DNA of 64,000 nucleotides from Raillietiella orientalis (lineage: Eukaryota). Of this stretch, positions 14,300-26,300 are shown in pieces; the first letter of the stretch is position 1, and the number at the start of each line of letters is the position of its first letter. Below the pieces are notes generated by a model that searched no databases, was not told where the DNA came from, and saw only the letters and a list, made by a program, of their open reading frames with translations. The stretch is taken from contig JAYWIR010000006.1 in the NCBI GenBank assembly GCA_036172245.1, positions 4,650,001 to 4,714,000 of the forward strand, written 5' to 3'. A program made the translations under genes and the position numbers.

Positions 14300-15445
14300 C
14301 CAATTCTGCAGACTCCCACTTGCTTCCAAGATCTGGACTACATTTTGATGCGCTCCGGCAAGAATCCTCGCCAAACAGGCAACTGGCTGCGAATTATTGA
14401 CCTCGGTCGCCATGGCCGCCGAGCGGAGTCTGAGCCATCTCGGCCCTCAGCTACGACACGTGGCTGCCTTTGTTCAGAAGAACCTCTGGATCTCCGTCTT
14501 CCCCGCGGACTGGACTGCCTGGTTGGAGGAGTCAGTTTTCTCTTGGGGAAAAACCAACGGCACGGGCGGGGCAGAGTTCATCTGCCTTCGGAACAGCAGA
14601 TATCCTTGTCAGCTGCTGAGGGAAATCCTGGGGATCTTCTGTGGGCTTCATTCACCCCTCTCGCCCCAGTGCTTCCCTCCCTAAGAGGAGCAATGGACAG
14701 CCAACATCCAGCGAGGTGGAAAGTGACCCACGTAATACAAAACAAGAAAAAACATTTGGATGCGCGGATAACTCGCGAGCTGGGCGGATGCCTCGACCCC
14801 GAGTGTCCCACCAAAAAGGCTGACCGCTCTCCCCAGCTTACGCTGGGGAGAGCTACTGCAAATTCCTCCGGAGGAGGTGAAGTGGCCCCCAGCGTGTTGG
14901 AACCCTCCCCCTAAAGTGGCAGGACTCGGCGACCCTGCTGTTGCACTGGGACCTCCCTTGAACGCCCACTGAAACCATTGGACCCGGGGAAGTGTAAGCG
15001 CAAGCCGCGGCAGGTGTGGCGAGAGAGAGTCCCTCCTGCATCTGCTCATAGAGTGTGTTGCCTTCCGTCCCATGTGGGAACGCTTTTCTGCATCCCTGCG
15101 GATCCCCGAGGGCAACTCCAGCGAAGATTTGAATGCACTCTTCCAGCGTGACGCCCTCACGCCGACCCCATCCCCAGAAGCACTTTGCTGCCTACACCCT
15201 CCAACGCGCAATGATCCCTTCCCGACCCCCCATCTTCACAATTTTTTGTACATATTTTTTGTTTTATGTTTCTTTTTGTTTGTCTCCCCTTCCCCTGTGC
15301 TGCCGAGGCGAACCTCGCCACCTGCGCGCCGGTTCTCGACGGGTTCTTTCTATACATTTGTAACGTGGCAGGATCACGTATCTTGCCACTGAGTCAGAGT
15401 TTTATTTTCCATAAATAAACGCCCTGGTGTGACCGGGTGTCAACC
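14300..15445 (+). mobile_element. Tx1-like retrotransposon, post-RT ORF2 + zinc finger + 3' UTR
   Basis: Decayed ORF2 C-terminus (CGERESLLHLLIECVAFRPMWERFSASL), then a T-rich UTR and AATAAACGCCCTGGTGTGACCGGGTGT at 15415-15440. Confidence 0.8.
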
Positions 15446-15719
15446 CTGAGCACGACCCCTTTGATCCACGAAAAACAGAACTATATGAGAGCAGTGGAGC
15501 AGATGAGAGCAGCTCATCTCCATGGAAGCAAGGAGGTCGAGCAGTCCCCAGACTCTCCCGATCACCCTTTCTCTCGCAGTCATTTTGCGCCTCCGGAAAC
15601 GCGAAGTCAAAAAGGGGAGGGGAGGGAAGGCAGGCAGGAGAAGAAAATGGCGTCATCGTCGACGGCACATGCGCTTTCGGCTGCGCCTGCCTTCCCTGTT
15701 TCCCACTTCCAGCCTCTCT

Positions 15720-16482
15720 CTGCAGCCATGCCCTCCCTTAGGGAACACATGGGCAACAGCCTCGAGGCAAAATGGGAGGTCAGTGCCGAAATCTCTGGCA
15801 AGAGACGAAAACTAGGTGAGTGGACGAGGGGTCAGCTAAGAGACGCTGAGCCCCCGGGGTCCCCCATTCGAGGACTGTTGCGCTGAGGAGAACCACTGGG
15901 ACTTCTGGTATAAGATCTGCAGTGGTCCCCGGTGTTCATGAACACCCTCAGTCTCCCCTTGGAGTGGCAGGAGTCGGCGTTGATGCTGTTGCACTGGGAC
16001 CTCCCGTGCAATGCACACAGACATCACTTGACACTGGTTTGTGTGTAAGGTGCGGGGATCGAGAATCCCTCCTACACCTTGCAACTGTGCTGCCTCCATG
16101 GGATCGAAGCGGCGTGGGGAGACGCCAACGGAGGAGTGAACGACAGGGACGCCATCCACTTAGCTCATTGCCTTCTACGGATAGCGGTCAGATGGCCCCA
16201 CCTAGACATCTATATAAAGCAAGGCCTTGCTGGTATCCTCTAAAGGATGCAGAGGACCGCCCTCAGCAGGACGTGATCCTTTCCCGAACCCCCCTCTCCC
16301 CAAATTGTTTTATTTTTATTTTGTTTATTTTTCTTTTGTTTGACCCCTCCCCTCTGCTGCCGTGGTGGACCTCACTGACCTGCGAACCGATACAACGACA
16401 GGGTATATACAAACAGAGCAACCACAAAAAAATGCAAATCTTTATTTTATTTTTAAGGAAACGCCCCGGCGAACCAAGGTGA
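15720..16482 (+). mobile_element. Tx1-like retrotransposon 3' fragment
   Basis: CVRCGDRESLLHL motif, shared 3' UTR, and a variant terminal motif at about 16458-16481. Confidence 0.75.
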
Positions 16483-16999
16483 AAACTTCCCTGCCTTCCG
16501 GACGAACAGCGCATCCCGCGAGGAAAGGAGTGATGAGGCGGAGGAAGGCGAGAGAGGCTGAAGAGGGCGCATGGACGACGCGCGCTCAGGAGCATCCGCC
16601 GCCAGCTCACCGCGGCGCGGACACGTAGCAGGTCGGGCCGGCTTCGGATTGGGCTCCTACCTGCGCGTTGAGGCAGAGCGACTCCTGCGCCTCAAGGAGT
16701 CCGCCGAGTCTGCTTCTGGACCCTTCCGAACCGCTCCGAGAGCTCTCGCGAGATCCGAGGCAGGGATGCCCGTGTTTTGTGCGTCTCCCTGAAGGGGAGC
16801 CGTGGACTTCCCTTCCCAGAGAGCGTGCGCTCGGGTCGCGGTCTCACACCAGGAGTCGCGGCGCCCGCGTGCCCCTGGGTGTTCTCCCTCGGGAAGGGGC
16901 CCAGCGCCCGGTTTTTCCTTTTTCCCTCTTCAGCGGATTCCCCCGGGAGGGGAAATTCCCATTTCTCCCAGGAGATTGGATGGAATTCTCCCAGGAGAA

Positions 17000-17335
17000 T
17001 TAAGAAATGGCTTCGTCGTAGGTTTCTAGTCTTCCCGCAGGATGACGTTGGCTGGCCTATTCGGGGGCGGCACTGCTGGAAGCCGGACGCCCCTGTTGAC
17101 TGGCAAGGATAGGAAGTCGACCTCTGGGGTCCTTCTAGGAATCAAGGAGCCTTTCGGGTTCCCCTCTGGTTCCCTTTCTACCATGGAGCTGGTTGATACC
17201 TTCCTCGGAGGTCGCCGCTCCAGAGTGCCAGAAGCGTGCTGCTTTCTTCGGGGTTCTCTTTAGAGGAGGAAACCAAAGATTTCTCAGGAGGGAACCTGCG
17301 AGGGTCAGGAGGAGCAGCCTCCACAAACCGGGGAA
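17000..17335 (+). mobile_element. Diverged internal fragment of the long tRNA-derived SINE family
   Basis: GGAAGTCGACCTCTGGGGTCCTTCTAGGAATCAAGGAG aligns with GGGAGTCGACCTTCGGGTCCTTCCAGGAATCAAAGGA of the 60429 copy. Confidence 0.65.
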
Positions 17336-17384
17336 CCTTCTGGAGTGAACAAGAAAGAGGTTCCCTTCTAAATCCCCTTCGAAG

Positions 17385-17900
17385 ACAACCAGAGTGCCGA
17401 CTCTTGCCCCCTGAAGTGGCAGGAGTCGATATTTCCGCTGTTGCACCCTGCAACGCACGCCTCCACTACTGGATGCTTTCCGACCCCTATAGGAACGTTT
17501 CGGAACGACCCTCCGGATCGGGTTGGTACCCCCAGAGACTCCTTACGGCTCTTCTTTGTAAGGGACGCCCTGCAGAGAGCCGCAGCCCCAGCAGCGCTTT
17601 GCACCATCCGCGGGATCGGCACAGTCCGGAGCGAAGAAACGAGAGATGTCGTCCACTTAGCAATTCGCTTTCTGCGGATAGCAACCAGATGGCCTCACCT
17701 GGTACCTATTCGAACGGATCTGCATCCTAGGAAGGATGAAGATTCCTTCCAGAGGGCGGTGATCCCTTCCCGATTCTCCCAAAGATTTTTACGTATTTTT
17801 ATTCACTCTTCATATTTTAATTTCCTTTTTGTTTTCCCCCCTCCTCCACCGCTGTCTAGAGGAGCCCCGCCGATCTGCCTACCGGTAAGCCGGCAGATCC
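17385..17900 (+). mobile_element. Tx1-like retrotransposon 3' fragment
   Basis: CCCCTGAAGTGGCAGGAGTCGA and RDVVHLAIRFLRIATRWPHL match the other copies; the T-rich UTR follows. Confidence 0.7.
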
Positions 17901-18055
17901 TTGAACAAAAGGAGTGTGGTTTATCACCCGAATTTTCCGAGGATTCCACACGATTCCTCGTATGTAGCAGAGAACTGCCAAAGCCGCGGCTGGCAGCAGA
18001 ATGGCCCGCATGAAAAGGTGCCCAAAAATGTTTCTGGGGCCTCCTTGGAGAATAT

Positions 18056-18500
18056 CTAGGATCGTTTCCAGACGATCCTAGAGAGGTCGGAGGGCGGCAC
18101 AGTCCACCAGAAGGTGCGGCAGAGTCTCCTTGTCACCGCACCTTTCTCAGTGGACATCCACACTCCCTCGTGTCCAGTGAGAGAGAGACGTGTTCTGAAC
18201 GGGATTCCCCAATGCAACATTAGCAACACACCTCCTGCCACTTCATGGGGAGGTTGCCACTGTTCCAACACGCTGGGGGTCACTTCACCTCCTCCGGAGG
18301 TAGCGCGAGCAGCCCGCCTCAGAGTAAAAGTCCTTTGGGCTGGACACTCCGGGTCGCAGCGTCCGCTAGCTGCCGAGTTGTCCACGCGTGTAACAGTTTC
18401 TTCCTGCCATTGATGAGGCAGGTCACTTCCCACTTTGTTGGACTGTCGCTGTCCCTAACGTTTTTCAGGGATGGAAGCACTGGGGCAAGGGGATAAACGA
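18056..18500 (-). mobile_element. Tx1-like ORF2 fragment
   Basis: Reverse complement aligns with 14660-15000 (PLAPVLPSL...KWEVT...KKLL.AWTTRQL). Confidence 0.7.
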
Positions 18501-18719
18501 CACTCACAACAGCTTGTGTGGGTGTCGTTGTGTGGGTTCCGCACGATCTCATACAGGGTCTGTCGAGCGAGCCTCCCCCTACAGAGGCAGGAGTATACCG
18601 TAAAAGGAGTGTGGTAGGTCCACTCATCCTACCACAATTTATGAATTTCTTTCAGATTTTAATAAACACCCCGGCGTATCCGGGTGCAAATCGGGGAAGA
18701 AACAAGGAGCGGACCCAAC

Positions 18720-19032
18720 AACCCGGGGGTTCTCTCCGGAGAGAATAAGGAAGAGGAGACAATCAGGGCGAGGATTCCCTTAGGGAATTCTCTACCGAGC
18801 GTTAAAGGAACGGACTCCCTCCGGAACCTTCCTGGATTCATAGGGTGGTGCCTTAGGGGTTGCCACCATAGCTTGAAGAGTCACACGCACCCTCGGGTGA
18901 CGTGGTGGACCGTGCTGAAGAGCTCCGTGGGCCCCTCTGAAAGGAGGCGAACGGTTCTTCAGCAATCCTTGAGAACCAAAAAACCCGAACGGAAAGCAAA
19001 GAAACCACAGGAACGCGAAAAGGATTTCCATT
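18720..19032 (+). mobile_element. 3' half of the long SINE family
   Basis: CTCCGGAGAGAAT...GGAACGGACTCC...TTCCTGGATTCATAGGG...AAGGATTTCCAT is collinear with 61005-61355. Confidence 0.75.
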
Positions 19033-19099
19033 GGGTCTGCCGCCGCTGCAAGGAAAAGGAAAAAACTGGATGCGTTTCGATCCGATTTCGGTCTCTTTA

Positions 19100-20300
19100 G
19101 GCGCACTCAACAGATTACCAGCATTCTATGAGCAGCATCAGAGTCTCCTGAAGTTCAGCGCTGCACTTAAGGACAGCGTCTTCAAAGAGAGAGTCGCCGA
19201 CGTTCCGAGTAGATCGGAGAAGAAAGCACGAGGAACCGAAACACTTGGATGGGAGTCTGAGATCACAAGTAAGTGCCCAGGGTGGTGTCCTTTCTTGGTG
19301 TCTGCTCATGGAGCTCCCGCACACGCTGCTGCCTTCGTCGAGACATTCAGCTCGCCTCTCTCCGCGTGATTTCCAATGATCCGAAAACGTTTTATCTAGC
19401 ACTGGATGCCACCAGACATGCTCAGAAGGAAATCAACACCTGACTTCCGGTGGCTTCCTTTTGGGCGTGTTTCCCTTCCCCTTCGACCTTCCGATGGGTC
19501 CTTGAGTCCGCAAAGCTGAATGTTTGGTGTGGTCAAGTGTCTCCCACTACGAAACTTCTTTTGTACAGTTTGATCGCGAGAAACGGTGCGGTATATGCTC
19601 GGTTGTGTGATTCGTGTACGTGCACACCGGCTGTTGTCTATGGGATTGCGCAGTCAGAAGGCACTCGTCAAAGGTCGCGTCAGTTTCTCTATCTGTATCC
19701 CAAGTGGCTGCTTGAGAACGTTAATACATTCGCTGCACATTCGATGTAAAAAAAAAAAAAAAAGCCTTCATCAACGGAAAAATTATGAAACCGATACCCG
19801 ATGATGAGTGCTGACCTTCAATGGGAAAGTCTCTTCAGGACCCTGGAATTCACCCTCATGAAAAGATTCGTGTTCGCAAAAAAGTTTCGTTTCAACGGTG
19901 TGAACCTTTCATCTCAGCTCCCAACCAGTCTATGGGAAGGCACAGTGCAGGAAGGACACATCCAAAGGTTTTGCTACTTTGTTCCTCCAAGTTCGAAGAT
20001 CGTCCCAGCACATATGCCCCACGTAATGCAAATCACCGTGTCTTCAATTCAACTACTATGGAAGGGTGAACTGAGGTGCTGCAAAAATGATCCGAGCGAA
20101 ACGCAAGCTAAGAATTATGCAGCAGCCCTTCCTCCTCAGAGCACCGAAGAGGGAGCAGCAGAGAGAGAAAGCGTTTGGATCGCATGCAGCAGCACTCTTT
20201 GTTTCCGCGTCCAGCACCTCGTGTTCAAATGATCTTTCCCACCCTTCCCCTCAACAAAAAGCAGGAAGAATGGTCCACCATCTTGCCGCACCAACTGCTG
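19100..20300 (+). pseudogene. Highly decayed intronless actin/actin-related pseudogene
   Basis: Collinear remnants over ~1.2 kb: LNV..VS...LLLYS..RNGAV...CDSCTCT...YGIA (cf. actin [44 protein letters not shown]), KNYE..LFRTLEF (cf. KSYE..RFRCPE), AERESVWIACSSTL (cf. PERKYSVWIGGSIL), KNGPPSCRTNC (cf. ESGPSIVHRKC). Contains stops and frameshifts. Confidence 0.5.
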
Positions 20301-21415
20301 CTCTGGTGTGCAGTGAGTGCGCTGAGCAAGTAGGGTCTTCACTGCTGCTATTGGAAAACATCCATTAGAACGTCTAAGAGCGACCATCTATCTGTGTGTG
20401 GGTGTGGGGGGGGAACATACTTCCGCCTACAATGCTTCGCGGAAGCTTTGCACTGCTTGCCATCAGGCAGAGTGACTGCCAACTTTACGGGTAACTCTGC
20501 AGGTGACACAAAGTTACCCCCCCCCCCCAAAAGGCTGGAAAATCCATCTTATAACAGTGTTGCAAACAGGTTCGTTCTCACACTTTCAAAGTTCTTTTTT
20601 TTTTTTTTTTAAGAAAAAAAAAAAAAAGTCGACCAGGGAAGGAAATCACAATCCAGTCTGAATGTGATGCACCGAGTCAAAAGGGCACCGCAACAGATTA
20701 CTACTCTTCGCCTGATCAGACCGAGAGCGAGACTGCGGAGTTTGGTTATCCTAAGGCAATTTTGGAGAATCCAGACTCTGAAAACCCAGCATTCAGCTGG
20801 ACAAGGAGCATTCCAAGTTTTCCCTACGGGAGGTTTCCCGTCTGTTCGATCCTGCGACCGTCTCGTCCGTTTCACACGACCACGCAGGGATGGCCTCGTT
20901 GGCACCGCCGGCACGAAGCCCCGTTGCCTGCGGCGGCAGCTTCTTGCTCGGGCGGGAAACTGGTTTCCGTGGCGTGCCGTCCACTCCTGTGGGCGAACGT
21001 ACTGGGTCTCTTCGAAATCCGGCACCCGAATGCACTGCATTCGGTTGAGCGACCGGAAATGCGAAACTGCGGAACTCGTAACCGACTTTCACAAATCGTC
21101 GGCAAATCCCGGCTCACGGGTTACTGTGAGAATTCCGGGCATCGCACGTGCAAAATCAAATGCAGCCATGACTACACTGCTTCTTCACTTGTTAGCCAAA
21201 CCCAAATGAGCAACTGAGATTCTCACGGACGAGTGAAAACACTACTGTTGGTGCACCAAGACAGTGCTGCTCTTGGTGTACCATTGGGAGGAGGAAAGGA
21301 ATGTAAGGCATTCCTGGTGTAAAGTAGCGAATAGGTTTCCCTATTCAGAGTACCCGAACATAAGCTAGGTGTCCTTTCATTTCAGGGGAGCCAAAGATTC
21401 CACTCCATTTGTAAT

Positions 21416-21738
21416 GGATGATGGAAATCCTTTGGGTTCTTTTTTTTCTTCTATCTTTTTTTCTTCCAGTTTTTTGGTTCGGCAAGTACCTCAAGAGCCG
21501 TCATGTGCCTTGCAGCACATGTAGCTCTTTAACACTGTTCCACACCACTCGCAGAGGGTGTGTGTAATTCTTCAAGATAGGGGGCACCTGGGAAGGGGTC
21601 CACCCTATGAATCCAGGAAGGTCTTGGAGTCCGTTCCTCTCATGCCAGGGGAGGGATCCTCCTCAGAAAGGGGATCACATCTCCACTCAATTTGCACCAG
21701 AGCATTCACTAGGCATCCCTTAATTTTAAGGAAACCAA
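21416..21738 (-). mobile_element. 5'-truncated long-SINE copy with 23-bp target-site duplication
   Basis: Minus strand matches the SINE 3' half over about 21416-21675. Flanked by AAAGATTCCACTCCATTTGTAAT at 21393-21415 and 21739-21761. Confidence 0.8.
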
Positions 21739-22162
21739 AAAGATTCCACTCCATTTGTAATTGCAATCACAGTGCAAAGATTTGCTTTCTGTGTGATGTG
21801 AGTTTCATTATGGAATTGCTGTGCTTTATGTTTGTCAATTTTAACTGTAATTTGTTTGGTGAGCTGCAAGCTGGAACACTTGGATGCATTGTGTTCTCAA
21901 AAGCTGGCACTTGAGAACTTTGAATCTTAAATGCTTTATTGTACAGTATGTCCACTGGCAATATGCATGTTGAAATAGTTAATGTCTTAAATCAAACTGC
22001 AATTGTCATTATCATGAAATTTTTGTTCACATACAAAACTAAATAAAGCTGAAAGTTTTCATCTCTAAAAATTGCAAACACAGGAACAATAGTTCATAAA
22101 TACCAACTTAGAGTTATTTATGGGATACTTAATTAAAAAGAATGCTTCAAGTACACTGCAAT

Positions 22163-22903
22163 TTAGTGGATGCCAAATAGCCGTTCTTTTACATCTGTCA
22201 CGATCCAATCTATGCCCTGAATAAGATTATCTCCTGTTACAGCACTGCAAGGCATGATGTGCCAGTGATGTGAAAGGACTGAATCCAGATCCAAAATCTA
22301 TACATACAACTAAATGCAAGTTATCTTATATAATGAAAGGGAACCTGTTTAATTTCTGTGGCTACTAAAGCTCCACTCAAGTCTTGTTTGTTAGCTAGCA
22401 CCAACAAGCTAGCACCAAGCAATCTCTGGATGAAATCAATAGATTTTATCTGTTTTACTATCCCATACCTCCTCCTGGAGCAAATTATGCAGTTCTCTAC
22501 TTGTATCCTTGAGACGTCTGCTATCAGCACTGTCCACCACCCATATTACTCCATCTGTGCTTTCAAAATAATTTTTCCAATAGACACGAAGTGACTTTTG
22601 TCCTCCAACATCCCATATGTTTAACTTACATCTGGAAATCCAAGAATATCAATACAAACTTTCGGGGCTGCCGTACTCTTTGTATGGAAAGGTGACTATG
22701 TTAAACCCAAGTGTGGGAGGAATGGTTCTAATGTCCTCATTAAGTAGCTTCTTGACAATTGTGGATTTTCCAGCATTGTCTAAGCCTCTTAATTAACATT
22801 AAGTTGAATCACAAACAAATGAGCTACATAAAGGATACAAGATGACTAGTCTCATTTCTTTTTCTTTCTGCTTAATTTTTTTCAATATTTTGTGAAGTAC
22901 CAT
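22163..22903 (-). CDS. ARL2: ADP-ribosylation factor-like protein 2 (ARL2-like small GTPase), 5 coding exons
   Basis: Spliced translation: [35 protein letters not shown]...PTLGFNI.../[25 protein letters not shown]...[21 protein letters not shown].../[16 protein letters not shown]...*. Introns are 51, 45, 43 and 47 nt, all GT-AG. Confidence 0.92.
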
Positions 22904-23725
22904 TGTAATCCGGGGCAATTTTACACCTCTACCAGTTGCAGAAAGCACAAAACATGAAACACATAGTGAGGTAGGTAAACATAACTAGAATATGCTGCCA
23001 TCAAAACAATCAGGAAGAACACAGAATCTGAAGCACTTTAAGGAAATCACGTTACTGAAAGCATTACATCTAATTTCCACATTTGGAAATACAGGTAATT
23101 AGCAATGAGCAAGTGTTCTCAAGGCCCAAGTCACCACACTGAATCAGTGACACTTCCACTGACGTGGTGAATTTTCTAAATTTTCGTTTCCTCCACGTTT
23201 CCATAGGTAGCGAGGGGTTTGGTCAGTTTGGATTGAGGGACGCAGTGCTCTGCCCAACAAATTATGTACCCGCCCGTTTCCTCAGTCCTACAAAACTACG
23301 AATCTCAAAACCAAGAAACCAAGAGCGTATTCCCGCAAATAAAAAAAAAAATGGGAAAAAACGGGGAAACAGAAGTGGAGGATTCGTTCCGAAACAAAAA
23401 TCGAAAAGGATACTGAAAATCGCTTTTTCTAATGGATCGAGCATGTACACTGCAAACAACAGCTCATATTGAAAACAAAAGAACTGTACGTGGGCTACGA
23501 ACTTTCTAATGTACTGTTCGAAACACTTTCTCATACTTTGAATGGCTTCTTTAAAACGAGTCTGCGATTCCGATAGTCCTCATGAGGGCAGCGGCTCTCT
23601 GCAAGGGATGTGGAACTCTCCAGAGTGCAGACCGCTTTACTGCCACATGGTGGTGTCTGAGGGTAAACTCAACGTGCGTCATTGCATGCCTACCGAGAAC
23701 GCCTTTACCGGAAGGAAAACAAACG

Positions 23726-23726
<1 letters not shown>

Positions 23727-23762
<36 letters not shown>
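23727..23762. repeat. (CA)n microsatellite
   Basis: Uninterrupted AC run. Confidence 0.95.
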
Positions 23763-23767
<5 letters not shown>

Positions 23768-24999
23768 AAGACTTCAGGCTCGTTTCCATCGTTACGCGGG
23801 GCAAGGCAATTATTCCATTCTTGGATTTAAAGGGTGCCTCGGCGGTGCAAGGAGAATGACCCACACGAACTCGGAGGAGGTTCCGAAGCAGGGGTGCCAA
23901 AGCCTTTCTGCCTGGTGGGAATCGGAAACTTTGCTTTCTTTCTGCTGAAACAGAGCCCCTTCACACAGGGGGTAGCGAGCAGTCTCCATGGACTGGCTCG
24001 ACATATCTCGGAGCCTGAGGGTTGAGCATCCGGCCCTCCTGCTCTCTCAGCCAGACGCTCCCGCCTCTGCCGCTGCCAGGTGACGGCACGGTGCAGCTGC
24101 AGCCGGCAGACAGCCTCGCGAGGCGGGGGAGATTCCGGAAAGGGGTCTCCTCCGTGGAGCCGTGACCTCCAGTGCCTTGTGGGTCGCGCGGGAGGGGCAC
24201 CTCCCCCCCTCCCGATGGGAGTAGGCGGTCAGCTCCGCGACCTCTGCTCCGAGCGCGCCGTCTAGCGGGGAAAGGGCTGGATATCCAGAGTCAAGTCCCG
24301 GATCGAGACGCACGAAAGGAAGGGAGGAGCGCATCCCACGCCTCTTCCACTTAGGCGTCTGTGGACGGATGGATCCGCAGCGCCTTCCGCCCCCGCACGG
24401 AGGGTACCTCCGCGGACGCGCCCCACGGATGCGCCTCCCATCCGCCTCCCTCGCTGACGGGAACGACCGCAGACGCTCTCTTCAGAAAGAGGGGAGAGGG
24501 ATAGGGAAGGGCTGAGTGGGGGGAGGAAGAAGGAGAAGCGGAGGACCCTCCCTTGAGCCCGACGCCCCTCCCTCCCTTCCGCCGCCCCACGCGCGCGGCT
24601 CTCCCTCGTCAGGATGGGGGAGGTGGTCTCCCGAAGCAGGAAAGAGCGACGGCCGAACGGCGGCACGCCTCCCCCCGAAGAGGGTGCTCGGCTGCCGGAG
24701 GTTTTCGCCTGGCAGCGCAGGGGTGCTCGGCGGTCGAAAGCGGCGAGGCGTGACATCACGCCGCCGAGTCGAATGACACGCAGTGCGGAGAGGGGAGGGA
24801 AAGGGGAGTTCGTTCATGCGGTCCCCGGACTAAGGAGGGAGCCACTGCCCGTTTCGCAGGGTCTCCCGCCCCCCACGCAGAACGCAGCCGGCTTGGCTAC
24901 CGGTATAGTCCCTCTCCCCCCACCCCTCACCCCGTGGAGATGAAGACGCGCAGGCAACAGCGCACAGGGGTCTCTGCAGTTCCTCCTGTTTGAAAGGGG

Positions 25000-26300
25000 G
25001 TGCGGGGGTGTGGAAAGCGAGCGATAGAAGCGCGTGGGGAGCTTCTCTGCCCTTCCCCTTCGATCACGTCCTACCGCTATCTTGCTGCCGGCGAGCCGAG
25101 GCATCCCTCGGAGCGGAGGGCATAACCCCCGCCTCGGGAGAGAGGAAGGCCGTCAAGATCCCATGGAGGGGTCAGAACGGTGCAGAGCGGTGAGAGAGGC
25201 GAGAAGGAGAGGGAGAATGACCGTCAGGGATGCCAGCACATCGGCCAGATGTTGACCCGCGCAGGGACGGCCATCTCTCCAGGCCTGCCAGGGCCGCTGG
25301 TGTCCCTCCGCCGCGCGGGAACCCCGCCGAGCCGATGCGGCTGCATCACCCCAGGCGCTCCCTGCAAGAGGGGGGGAGGGGAAGAACGGCCTTATCCGGG
25401 ATGGGGCAGCAGAGAGCGCCCGTGCGGCTGGCTCGAGATCCCTCCTCCCACCCCCTGCCCGAAGCATTGTACCCCCGCCATCCGGAAGGCAACCCCGAAG
25501 ACGGCCTCGGGATGGGTTCTCCACCTGCACTCCCCGCTGCCGGCCAGGATCTCGGAGCCCCTTCGGGACTACCTGCTGTCCCGGGGACCCGAGCTCTTGG
25601 CGGCGGCCACCTCCCGAGCTACCCTGTAGGCCTCCGCTTTCGGGAGAATCTGAGCGGCGTTCCCTTGGAAGCGCCGCTGCAGGACTCCGGGAAATGGCTG
25701 TGCCCTCGGAACACGCGGCGACGGGAGCCGCCTGGTAGGGTGAGAGTCTTCCCTACGCCGCTGCGGGAGTCGTGGAACCCCTAGGCGGCTGGAAGACGAG
25801 TGAGGAGGTCGACGCCGGCTGTCGTGGAGCCGAGAGAGAGTCCCCGGAAGAGCTTGAGGTCTCCGCTGATCTTTGCTCGGACGCTCTTTCGGTGCTCCCT
25901 CTGACGGACCACACCAGGTCGTGCTCCGCTTGGACTGTGCGCGAGGAGCGTCCATGCCTCGTTTCCGGGGAAACTGCGCCCCCGAACCGTTCCGGGTCTG
26001 AGTTTCTGCTCTCCGGGAACCGTGGCGCTTCGGCACCCTGTGGAAGCCCGCCGCGGACTCGCTGGGGCGCGCCTTCATTCGAGACGGGCTTTCGTGTGAG
26101 CGCTGCCATCTTGGCGGCCCGAGCGGCGACAGTGTGCCGCTTGCATCTTGCGGAGGCTGCCTAGAAGAGAGCATCCATCATCCCAGCCCAAAGATCTCTT
26201 CCTTCCCTTTTTTTTTCCTCTTGCATTTACTCTCCCTCCCTCCCTCTCCGGACTTCCCGAAGCGGGCCGGTGACAGCAGCGCCTCGTTCCGAGACAGAGA
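25000..26300 (+). mobile_element. Possible strongly diverged non-LTR (Tx1-like) ORF2 3' remnant
   Basis: Weak motifs (SYRYL; LYP...DGLG) followed by a pyrimidine-rich UTR-like tract laid out like the other copies. No clean ORF. Confidence 0.35.
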
